Shown: positions 17,484-25,596 of the stretch, piece by piece | Numbering within the stretch: position 1 is the stretch's first letter | Layout of the letters: the number at the start of each line of letters is the position of its first letter | Source of the DNA: an archaeon | GTDB lineage: Archaea; Iainarchaeota; Iainarchaeia; Iainarchaeales; CSSED10-239 | DNA length: 32,000 nucleotides | Reading direction: 5' to 3' | Assembly (NCBI GenBank): GCA_035400625.1 | Contig: DAOMZT010000001.1 | Span: 270,001 to 302,000 of the forward strand | Position numbers and translations under genes: made by a program | The notes under the pieces: generated by a model | Databases searched by the model: none | What the model was told of the DNA's origin: nothing | Seen by the model: the letters and a program-made list of their open reading frames with translations, nothing else

Positions 17484-18046
17484 AAAACACATATTTTTTA
17501 ATGAGGCATGGGCAAAGTACAGGAAATGTCAAACACATAATTGTTAGTGATCCAAAAAACGGAGTGCCTCATTATGGTTTATCTGCTTTTGGAAAGCAAC
17601 AAGCATTAGATTCAATTAGATCAAACAAAGATTTAGACAAACACACAATTATCTATTCCTCTGATTTTAAAAGAGCTAGAGAAACTGCAGAGATTGTTAG
17701 AGATCACATAAAAGCAAAACCAATAATTTTAACCAAAGCCTTAAGGGAAAGAAATTTTGGTAAATTTGAAAAAAAAGACTATACAAATTTTTATTTAAAA
17801 GTTTGGGAATGTGATTTTACTGGAAAACCATTCAAAGGCATAGAATCAGTATATTCAATAGCTAATAGATTTAGAGAATTACTTGATGATTTAGAGAAGA
17901 AACACAAAGGAAAGAAAATTCTTCTTGTAACTCATGGAGATGTAGCAAGTGTTGGTTTAACTGTTTTTAATAATAAAGACCCGAAATATCACAACAAAAT
18001 TTATTCCTCGCTAAAGACTGCAGAAATAAAAAAAGTAAACAAATAA
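17480..18046 (+). CDS. Histidine phosphatase family protein (phosphoglycerate mutase-like)
   Basis: The 'LMRHGQSTGN' RHG motif and a downstream 'LLVTHGD' are present. I prefer the ATG at 17480, which forms an ATGA overlap with the mnmA stop, over the track start at 17456, which would overlap mnmA by 28 nt. Confidence 0.75.
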   Translation: MKNTYFLMRHGQSTGNVKHIIVSDPKNGVPHYGLSAFGKQQALDSIRSNKDLDKHTIIYSSDFKRARETAEIVRDHIKAKPIILTKALRERNFGKFEKKDYTNFYLKVWECDFTGKPFKGIESVYSIANRFRELLDDLEKKHKGKKILLVTHGDVASVGLTVFNNKDPKYHNKIYSSLKTAEIKKVNK

Positions 18047-18161
18047 TTTGCTTTTCAAATTCAACACTCTTAAAAAGCCTTTGATTCTTAATATATAATA
18101 TTCTCTATGGAATAAATTTCTGGTAATAGATTAACTATTTTAATTTAGAACGTGGTAAGAG

Positions 18162-19376
18162 ATGGCAGAGAATATATTCTATACTTTTTTAAACGAAAAT
18201 TCAGTTTTTACTGATAAGTCTAAAATTTCACCGCATTATGCTCCTGAAAAATTACCTTTCAGAGATGAGCAGATAAAAGACTTATCTTTGTGGCTATCTC
18301 CTGTTCTAAAAAAAGCAAAGCCACACAACATCTTTGTATATGGCAAAGTAGGAACTGGAAAAACAACAGTTGTAAGGCATGTAATGTCCCAGCTTGAACT
18401 TTTTGCAAAAGATCAACACCTGCCATTATTGCCTGTTTATCTTAATTGTAGAAATTATCAAACCAAATATACCGTTCTAGTATATTGTGTTCAGTTATTT
18501 TATCCTGACCAGAATTTCTTTGGTTATTCTAGGTCTTTTATTTATGATAAGTTCTTAACTTACATTAAAGAAAATAAAATTAATTTTGTTGTTGTTCTTG
18601 ATGAGATAGATAAAATCAAGGATAAAGAAATTGATGACTTGATTTACACCTTAACAAGAGCAAATGATGAGCTTGAAGGCGGGTCAGTTTCAATCATAGG
18701 CATTTCAAACAATCTTTTCTTCAAGAATAATCTTGACTCAAGAACAAAAAGCTCTCTTTGTGAACAAGAGGCTGTCTATCCTCCTTATAATGCTGAAGAG
18801 TTAAGAGCAATCTTAAATCAAAGAATAGATCTAGCATTTAAAAAAGATGTAGTTAGTGATTCTGCAATTAATGCAGCCGCTGCAATTGCTGCAAAGGAGT
18901 CTGGAGATGCTAGACGTGCAGTTATGTTGCTACTTAGAGCAGGAGAGATTGCAGATATTAAAGGGCACACAAAAGTCACAGATAAAGAAGTATATGAAGC
19001 TAAGGAAAAAGTTGAGCAGGAAGTTATGAAAAGCATGGTTCTTACTCTTCCTATTCAATTACAGCTTGTTCTTTTTGCTATTGCTCAAGGTTCTTTAAAG
19101 CCAAAAGGAGTTATTGGTTTAACTGGCCAATATATGGAAACAAATATCTTACATTCCGGAGAGATCTATGACAAATATTGTGCTCTTTGTAATAAGTACT
19201 CTGAAAAAGCAGTAACTATAAGATGGTTTAGAGAGTATATCAATGAACTTGAAACCTATGGTTTTATTTCAACAACAATTTCTGGCAAAGGCGTAAAAGG
19301 CAACACCACCTTGATAAGATTAGGTATTGATGCCCAAACAATCATTGATCTTTTAAAATCTGAATTTTCTGAGTAA
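18162..19376 (+). CDS. cdc6: Orc1/Cdc6 replication initiator
   Basis: 'LPFRDEQIKDL' precedes Walker A 'GKVGTGKTT' and Walker B 'VVVLDEIDK'. Also present are the sensor region 'IGISNN', 'GDARRAVMLLRAG' and a C-terminal winged helix. Confidence 0.9.
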   Translation: MAENIFYTFLNENSVFTDKSKISPHYAPEKLPFRDEQIKDLSLWLSPVLKKAKPHNIFVYGKVGTGKTTVVRHVMSQLELFAKDQHLPLLPVYLNCRNYQTKYTVLVYCVQLFYPDQNFFGYSRSFIYDKFLTYIKENKINFVVVLDEIDKIKDKEIDDLIYTLTRANDELEGGSVSIIGISNNLFFKNNLDSRTKSSLCEQEAVYPPYNAEELRAILNQRIDLAFKKDVVSDSAINAAAAIAAKESGDARRAVMLLLRAGEIADIKGHTKVTDKEVYEAKEKVEQEVMKSMVLTLPIQLQLVLFAIAQGSLKPKGVIGLTGQYMETNILHSGEIYDKYCALCNKYSEKAVTIRWFREYINELETYGFISTTISGKGVKGNTTLIRLGIDAQTIIDLLKSEFSE

Positions 19377-19442
19377 TGTCCAATTTGGCACCATTACTCC
19401 CATTTATATATCTTTTTTTGCATATATTATTTGTGATTATTT

Positions 19443-19982
19443 ATGGATGATTCTAAAAAGATTCTAGACCCAATAAGGATTAAGATTTTATCTTCTATGA
19501 GAAAGCAGGGCGTTCTGGTTCCAAATATTAGGCAATTAAAAAAACACACTGGTTTTCATAGAGCAACAATAAAATCCTCAATTGAGTTAATGGAAAAGCA
19601 AGGACTAATCAAGCATTATATCCCAACAGTAAATTCAAGTATTGCAGGTTATGGTTTAAGGGTTTGGACTTTTCTTCAAATGGACATCTCTAATCAAAAA
19701 CTTTTAAACAATCTTAAAAAAATAATGACAAAGATTCCTAACATCTATCATTGTTCAGAAGTTATAACAGAAAGAGGTTATAATATCGCAATTGGTTATT
19801 TGGCAAAGAATGTTGAAGACTATTATAATAATATTCAAAGAAAATATTTTATTAATTATCCAGATATCTATAATAACATAAAAGATAGAAGCGTTTTTTA
19901 TCTTTCTGAGCCAACCTATATTCAGAAAAGCCATAGTAGTACAATTATTGACATTCTTGAAAAGGAACAAGGTATAGAATAA
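19443..19982 (+). CDS. Winged-helix transcriptional regulator, Lrp/AsnC-like architecture
   Basis: The N-terminal 'LDPIRIKILSSMRKQG...IRQLKKHTGFHRATIKSSIELMEKQGLIKHY' looks like an HTH. An alpha/beta domain of about 90 aa follows in the position of a RAM domain. The match is weaker than a canonical Lrp. Confidence 0.5.
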   Translation: MDDSKKILDPIRIKILSSMRKQGVLVPNIRQLKKHTGFHRATIKSSIELMEKQGLIKHYIPTVNSSIAGYGLRVWTFLQMDISNQKLLNNLKKIMTKIPNIYHCSEVITERGYNIAIGYLAKNVEDYYNNIQRKYFINYPDIYNNIKDRSVFYLSEPTYIQKSHSSTIIDILEKEQGIE

Positions 19983-19984
19983 TT

Positions 19985-20782
19985 ATGAAAATAGAAATAA
20001 ACTATGAATTATCTGCTGGGAAAAATGCAGAGAATAAATACAAAGGCAGAAATCGTTATTTAGAAAAAATAAAAGGAATAGATAAGGCCTTAGATATTAC
20101 AAAAAACAAAATATCATTGCTTGAAAAACAAAAAGCAAACAAACCAAAGCTTGAGATTTCAAAAAAAGAAAAAAGAAACAAGGAGTGGTATGAAAAATTC
20201 AAGTGGTTTTTCAGCACTAATGGCTTTTTGGTTTTGGCAGGAAGAGATGCAAAAAACAACGAACAGCTTGTAAAAAAATATTTCTCAAATAATGATCTTT
20301 ATTTTCATGCAGATATTCACGGTGCACCACACACCTTATTATTAAATCCAGAAAAAAAAGAAATTCCCTTGCAGGATAAAGAAGAAGCAGCAAACTTTGC
20401 AGCCATACATTCTTCTGCCTGGAGTAGTGGCACATTTTCTTTGGATGTCTATTCCGTTGGCTATGGGCAAGTAACTAAAACTGCTGGTTCTGGCGAGTCC
20501 TTAGGCACTGGTGCTTTTGTAATAAGGGGTAAAAGAGATTATTATAAAAAAATAGATTTAAAGATTGGTGTTGGCTTTGATAATAAAAGAAAAGTAGTTA
20601 TTGCAGGTCCTGTCTCTGCAATATCTTTTGCAAGTAAAGATGTCTATATTTTAGTTCCTGGCAAGACCAAGAAATCAGATATTTGTAAGGAATTAAAAGA
20701 AAGATTCCTAAAGAAAGGAATTGTTGTTTCAGTTGATGACCTGATGTCTAATTTGCCACCAGGAAATTGCGAGATCAAATAA
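19985..20782 (+). CDS. NFACT-R (DUF814) domain protein, short Rqc2/RqcH-related form
   Basis: 'WFFSTNGFLVLAGRDAKNNEQLVKKYFSNNDLYFHADIHGAPHTLL' matches the DUF814/NFACT-R core. A coiled-coil segment precedes it. No NFACT-N domain is encoded. Confidence 0.7.
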   Translation: MKIEINYELSAGKNAENKYKGRNRYLEKIKGIDKALDITKNKISLLEKQKANKPKLEISKKEKRNKEWYEKFKWFFSTNGFLVLAGRDAKNNEQLVKKYFSNNDLYFHADIHGAPHTLLLNPEKKEIPLQDKEEAANFAAIHSSAWSSGTFSLDVYSVGYGQVTKTAGSGESLGTGAFVIRGKRDYYKKIDLKIGVGFDNKRKVVIAGPVSAISFASKDVYILVPGKTKKSDICKELKERFLKKGIVVSVDDLMSNLPPGNCEIK

Positions 20783-20792
20783 TTTTTTATTT

Positions 20793-21398
20793 TTAAAATA
20801 TCAAAAAAATAACAAATAATGGTATTGCAATAAATATGGCCCAAACAACTGGATTCCATCTTATTATTTTTGCACCATCAAGTGGACCAAATGGTATGAG
20901 ATTAAAAAATGCAATCCATAGATTAATTAGAACTCCATAAGTTACAATTATTGCTGGTGCACCTAATAATGCAGCAATAAAAAACAATAAGGCCATTATT
21001 AGGTTAGTGGCTGGCCCAGCAAGAGATATTTTACCATCTTCTTTGATATTGTGTTGTTTACCAAAAATATATACTGCCCCTGGTGCAATAAAAACAACAC
21101 CAAGTAACCCTGCAAAAACAATGCCTGCTATTAAAAATGCTGGCCACATTATAAATCTACCGTGTGCTCCAAGATGTATTGCCATATATTTGTGTGCAAG
21201 CTCATGTGAAATAAAAGAAGTTGCTGTGATTATTAGGCTCAATCCAAACTTCGTTAAAAAATCAGCCCATGTAAAATTAAATTGTTTTGTTGAGATATAA
21301 TCTAAAAGACTATAATTTCCTAAAACAATTGTAAAACATAAAGATATTGCAAGCCATGCAACTAATAGGTCATAAATTTCTGAATTTTTTTTAATCAT
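20793..21398 (-). CDS. Site-2 protease family (M50) zinc metalloprotease
   Basis: 'HELAHKY' (HExxH) lies within a TM helix and is followed by the second M50 motif, 'NLIPFGPLDGAKI'. The protein is polytopic. Confidence 0.8.
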   Translation of the reverse strand: MIKKNSEIYDLLVAWLAISLCFTIVLGNYSLLDYISTKQFNFTWADFLTKFGLSLIITATSFISHELAHKYMAIHLGAHGRFIMWPAFLIAGIVFAGLLGVVFIAPGAVYIFGKQHNIKEDGKISLAGPATNLIMALLFFIAALLGAPAIIVTYGVLINLWIAFFNLIPFGPLDGAKIIRWNPVVWAIFIAIPLFVIFLIF

Positions 21399-21410
21399 TT
21401 ATTTTCACAT

Positions 21411-22157
21411 TTATTTTTTAAAGAAAACTTTATTAAAATTATTATTTATTTTTTCTTTTAAAAACTCTAAATCAATATCATTTTCATTAGCCAAAACCTC
21501 ATAGGATTTTTTAATGTCTGTTATTTCAATTTCTTTTCCTGAATAAGGTATTGGGAAATCTGTCTCTACAAATATTTGGTCAAGATGTTCTTTAATATTA
21601 GGTATGCTTGGTTTATTAAATCTAATTGTTAGATAATATCCCCTATCAAGGGCTGTTTGAATTTCATTAGTGTTGCCACTAAACCAATGAAGTATCACCG
21701 GAAAACCAGAATATCCAGAAAGCACATCAAGAACAGCTTTTGTTGCATATCTAGAATGTACAATTACTGGCAATTTTCTAGATTTTGCAATATCTAGCTG
21801 TTTTTCAAAAATCATTTTTTGCTTTTTTCTAAGTTCTTGGTCTTTTGTTATCTTGTAATCTAGGCCAATCTCTCCTATTGCAATAATATCTTTTGAATTT
21901 TCAAATATTATTTTAAGATAATCAAGACAATTATCTAATCCCGCATTAACAACAACATCAGGATATATCCCATATGCAAAGTAAAGTCCAGGTATATTTT
22001 CTTTTCTTAGGCTTTCAAGTTTTCTGTAGCTGTTTAAATCTACATTGTTTGCGATTGCAATCATTTTTTCTTTTGAGAATGTTTCTTTTATATATTCTTT
22101 TGACAAATCCTCATAATGACAATGAATGTCTATGAATTTTAAATCTTTATTCTCCAT
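21411..22157 (-). CDS. tatD: TatD-family metal-dependent hydrolase
   Basis: 'FIDIHCHY', 'GEIGLDY', 'PVIVHSR', 'ILHWFSG' and 'VETDFP' are present. I prefer the start at 22157 (MENKDL) to the track start at 22190, which would overlap the divergent gene. Confidence 0.8.
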   Translation of the reverse strand: MENKDLKFIDIHCHYEDLSKEYIKETFSKEKMIAIANNVDLNSYRKLESLRKENIPGLYFAYGIYPDVVVNAGLDNCLDYLKIIFENSKDIIAIGEIGLDYKITKDQELRKKQKMIFEKQLDIAKSRKLPVIVHSRYATKAVLDVLSGYSGFPVILHWFSGNTNEIQTALDRGYYLTIRFNKPSIPNIKEHLDQIFVETDFPIPYSGKEIEITDIKKSYEVLANENDIDLEFLKEKINNNFNKVFFKK

Positions 22158-22166
22158 ATATATTAT

Positions 22167-22802
22167 ATGACTATACTTAATTTTAAACAATATAGTTTGG
22201 ATATTCCTGCAAGAGTGTATCTACCTAATGATGATACAACCCTAATGATATCTGTTTTAGAAGAAGAGATAATAAAATCAAATAAGCATTTTGATTTAGC
22301 AATAGAGCTAGGGTCAGGAAATGGCTTTTTAAGCTTAGAGATTTATGATAATGTAAATGAGCTGATTTCTACAGACATCAACCCGATAGTCATTGATTAT
22401 CTTTTAAATGTCAAAGAGAAATATAATCTTGAAAAACAAAAAATAATCTATTCTAATCTTTTTGACTCCATAGACGAAAATAAAAAATTTGATTTAATTG
22501 TTTTTAATCCACCATATGTGCCATCAGAAGAAATCTTAAGTGAAGATGATGATGAGATTAATGGCTATGACTTGGCAGTTAATGGAGGAGAGAAAGGCAG
22601 AGAAATAATTGATTTGTTTATTGAGCAATTACCAAGGCACTTAAAAGACACGGGCGTTTGTTATCTTTTGGTTTCTTCTCTTAATGGCGTTTCTGAAATT
22701 ATAGATAAGCTTTCTGATTTGAAATTAAATTCACAAATCATAGATTCTAAAAAGCTTTTCTTTGAAGAATTATTTGTTTTAAAAATCATGCATAAATTAT
22801 GA
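22167..22802 (+). CDS. N5-glutamine methyltransferase, Mtq2/HemK-like
   Basis: The N-terminal 'VYLPNDDTTLM' is Mtq2-type (VYEPxxDSFLL). SAM motif I is 'ELGSGNG' and the catalytic motif is 'FNPPYVP'. Confidence 0.75.
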   Translation: MTILNFKQYSLDIPARVYLPNDDTTLMISVLEEEIIKSNKHFDLAIELGSGNGFLSLEIYDNVNELISTDINPIVIDYLLNVKEKYNLEKQKIIYSNLFDSIDENKKFDLIVFNPPYVPSEEILSEDDDEINGYDLAVNGGEKGREIIDLFIEQLPRHLKDTGVCYLLVSSLNGVSEIIDKLSDLKLNSQIIDSKKLFFEELFVLKIMHKL

Positions 22803-23485
22803 AATTATTTAAAAAATTAAATCGTGGCCAAAAATTAAGGCGCAAATCTGAAGTGCATAAATCAATAATTGGTAAAAAAACAGGCAGAAGAAAATTAGAA
22901 TCAACAGGTCTAGTAGATCTAATGTTAAAAGAGCGAAAAGAAAACTGGATATCTAAAGGCAAAAAATTAAGACCTGATTCAGAATCTTTCCTTAGAAAAG
23001 ACACTGCTGTTTTAAAAGAAATAAAACAACCAAAAATCATGGTTCTTGGGCCTGGTGAAGGACAGGAGGTTTTGTTTTTAAACAACCTATTAAAGGGAAG
23101 TTTCCCAAAAATAGATGTTTTTGGAATAACAAATGAGTTATCAACAGAAGCAAAAAAGATTGTGAGAAATGAAAATTATCCCAATCTAGAAAAACTTTCA
23201 AAAAAGGATCTTTTTGAACATTTCAATCATCTTAAATTTGTTAGAAAATACGATTATATATTTTCTGATTTAGGTCCGATAGAACATACTAGAAATCCAG
23301 AAATTGCGGTTTTAAAGCTTGCAAGTATGTTAAAGCCAGGTGGCTTTGCAAGAGTAAGTCCCGCAATATCACAAGAGACACATAATAATATAATAAAATA
23401 TTTAAAAATTAAAGGTCATGAAAAAAGCTTAAGTATAGATAACACAATACCTGATGGATATTTATTAATTAAAAGGGTAAAATAA
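22799..23485 (+). CDS. Putative class I SAM-dependent methyltransferase with a basic N-terminal extension
   Basis: 'IMVLGPGEGQE' is a degenerate motif I and 'LKPGGFA' fits a post-III motif. The first ~60 aa are very Lys/Arg-rich. It forms an ATGA overlap with the upstream methyltransferase. The assignment is weak. Confidence 0.4.
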   Translation: MKLFKKLNRGQKLRRKSEVHKSIIGKKTGRRKLESTGLVDLMLKERKENWISKGKKLRPDSESFLRKDTAVLKEIKQPKIMVLGPGEGQEVLFLNNLLKGSFPKIDVFGITNELSTEAKKIVRNENYPNLEKLSKKDLFEHFNHLKFVRKYDYIFSDLGPIEHTRNPEIAVLKLASMLKPGGFARVSPAISQETHNNIIKYLKIKGHEKSLSIDNTIPDGYLLIKRVK

Positions 23486-23488
23486 ATT

Positions 23489-24595
23489 ATGCCAGCAAAT
23501 GTAAGTTATGAGTTTGTAGCAGCTCAAAAGAAATATGATGAAGCAAAAACTGATGAAGAGAAATTAATTGCTCTTCAAGGTATGCTTTCGTCTGCACCAA
23601 CTCACAAGGGTTCTGAAAATCTTCGTAGAGACATAAGTAAAAGAATTGCAGATTTAAAAAACAAAATGGAAAAAAGAGCAGCAGCTCTTAAAAAAACAGG
23701 ACATTCAATAGGCATAAAAAAAGAAGGGGCTGGGCAAGTAGTAATTATCGGTTTTGCAAATTCAGGAAAAAGCACGTTCTTAACAAAGTTTACAAATGCA
23801 AAGCCAGCAATTGCATCATATCCTTTTACTACTACAAAGCCAGAGATTGGCACATTAAATTACGGTGGCGCATTAATTCAATTAGTTGAGATTCCTGCGT
23901 TTCTTGAATCAAAAGAAATGGCAAATCAATTGTTTTCTATTATAAGGTCTGCTGATGCAATTGTTTTTATTGTCCCAAATAATGAGATGGAGCAAAGAGA
24001 TAGGCTCATAACTCTATTAGAGTCTCAAGACATCTTTGTCACAAAGCAAAAGCCAAAAATAGAATTGCGTAAAAGTTCAGATATGGGCTTAACTTTTCTT
24101 AATGAACAAAACTTGGCAATTCCAAAAGAACAGGCAATCTCTCTTTTAAAAGATTCAGGCTATAGGAATCACACTGTAATTCTTGGACAAAAAACAACCA
24201 CTGATGACTTATTGTTGTTGATTAACCCAAGAGCAGTATATATGCCCTCTATTTTTGTGATCATGCCTTTCTCCAAAACAGACATAAATGTTCATAGTTA
24301 TAAAAACATAAAATGCTTTGATTTCAAAGATGATAAAAAAATCACAGAAAAAATTTTTAAAATGGTTAATAAAATAATTGTCTACACAAAAAAGCCTGGG
24401 CAAAAAGCAGATTTATCAGATCCGTTAGTTTTGGAAAAAGGCACAACCGTTAAATTTGCAGCAAAACAAATACACAAATCAATTTCTAAAGAACTAAGGT
24501 GTGCAAGAGTCTGGGGCAGTACAAGATTTCCAGGGCAGAACGTTTCCAAGGATTATGTGCTTCAAGATAGAGACGTTGTTGAGTTTGTTGCATAA
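23489..24595 (+). CDS. Developmentally regulated GTP-binding protein (DRG/Rbg1 family, Obg-like) with a C-terminal TGS domain
   Basis: The P-loop 'GFANSGKST', 'YPFTTTKPEIG' and 'VEIPA' are present. The C-terminal 'RVWGSTRFPGQNVSKDYVLQDRDVVEF' is typical of TGS. Confidence 0.85.
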   Translation: MPANVSYEFVAAQKKYDEAKTDEEKLIALQGMLSSAPTHKGSENLRRDISKRIADLKNKMEKRAAALKKTGHSIGIKKEGAGQVVIIGFANSGKSTFLTKFTNAKPAIASYPFTTTKPEIGTLNYGGALIQLVEIPAFLESKEMANQLFSIIRSADAIVFIVPNNEMEQRDRLITLLESQDIFVTKQKPKIELRKSSDMGLTFLNEQNLAIPKEQAISLLKDSGYRNHTVILGQKTTTDDLLLLINPRAVYMPSIFVIMPFSKTDINVHSYKNIKCFDFKDDKKITEKIFKMVNKIIVYTKKPGQKADLSDPLVLEKGTTVKFAAKQIHKSISKELRCARVWGSTRFPGQNVSKDYVLQDRDVVEFVA

Positions 24596-24703
24596 TATTA
24601 GTATGTTTTCTTAAAAATAAAGCTTTATAAAAGAAACATATATATAATATTTTAGAAAAATATATTTTATAAGGATAATTCTATCTATAATTGAAAATCA
24701 AAA

Positions 24704-25585
24704 ATGAGTACTAAAAAAGACAAGGTTGTAAAATCAAAAAAAAAATTAAAAAGTTTATATAGATTATTTATACCTATTGCTCATCTTTTAAGATCTAAAG
24801 AATTTGATGAAAAATTAATGCAAGCAGATATACTTGAAGAACCAGAGGTTTATCTCTCTAGATATTTTTTTTATGCAATATTTATTCCCTTGATTTTAGT
24901 AATCTTATTTTCTGCATTATTGATTGCTTTTCATTATACAGAATATCTTAAAGTTTTATTCATTGTTGGTTTTTCATCAGTATTTATAATATTGATTTAT
25001 GCTTTGGTTAATCCATATATTAAAATCGGAACAAAGGTTGGAGAAATAAAAAATAATTTACCATTAGCAATACTTAGTATGTCTAGTGTTGCAGAGTCTG
25101 GAGCCCCACCAGAAGCTATGTTTCACACATCTACAATGAAGTCTGAAACTCCTAATATCAGCAGAGAATTTGAAAAAATAAATAAATATTTAAGTTTGGG
25201 CTTATCTTTACCACAAGCTATGGAACATGTTTGTGATAAAACTCCCTCTCCTGAGCTTAAGAAATTTTTAATGGAATTAAAATCTAACATAGAGGCAGGG
25301 GGATCTTTACCAGAGTTTATGAAAAAAAAAGCACAACATGCTCAATTCACTTATAAGCTAATGCTTGATAATCAAAATAAAAAAGCAGAGACCTTTGGTG
25401 ACATATATTCTGCAATTGTTATTGCTGGGCCTTTATTTTTGTTTTCTGCAATAATGCTCTTGGGCATGATAGGTGGTGGAGGGCTAGGTGGCTTAAGTGT
25501 TGAAGCGTTATTGGTGATAGGGGTTTTTGGCCTTGTACCATTAGTTAATATTTTATTTATTATTATTTTGCAGTTTATATCATAA
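24704..25585 (+). CDS. Type IV pilus/archaellum platform protein, first T2SSF-domain half (FlaJ/TadB-like)
   Basis: A TM pair is followed by a cytoplasmic helical domain ('LPLAILSMSSVAESGAPPEAMF...LGLSLPQAMEHV...ELKKFLMELKSNIEAGGSL') and further TMs. This is the T2SSF topology and motif pattern. Confidence 0.7.
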   Translation: MSTKKDKVVKSKKKLKSLYRLFIPIAHLLRSKEFDEKLMQADILEEPEVYLSRYFFYAIFIPLILVILFSALLIAFHYTEYLKVLFIVGFSSVFIILIYALVNPYIKIGTKVGEIKNNLPLAILSMSSVAESGAPPEAMFHTSTMKSETPNISREFEKINKYLSLGLSLPQAMEHVCDKTPSPELKKFLMELKSNIEAGGSLPEFMKKKAQHAQFTYKLMLDNQNKKAETFGDIYSAIVIAGPLFLFSAIMLLGMIGGGGLGGLSVEALLVIGVFGLVPLVNILFIIILQFIS

Positions 25586-25596
25586 GAGGAATAAAA

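Noticed and set aside
13157-24403. Remaining short antisense ORFs: 13157..13351, 14309..14533, 14842..15042, 15291..15527, 17156..17380, 18818..19036, 19755..19970, 20056..20435, 20644..20859, 21007..21300, 22786..23085, 23602..23853 and 24209..24403.
   Set aside because: Each is fully contained in, or mostly overlaps, a gene with recognisable family motifs on the other strand. None has independent support.
24736-24745. A10 homopolymer near the 5' end of the first platform gene, and an A9 tract at 25322-25330, as possible slipped-strand phase-variation switches for the pilus.
   Set aside because: The tracts simply encode Lys runs (KSKKKLK, MKKKA). Similar A/T runs occur in many housekeeping genes in this AT-rich window. 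Without population-level length variation there is no evidence for phase variation.
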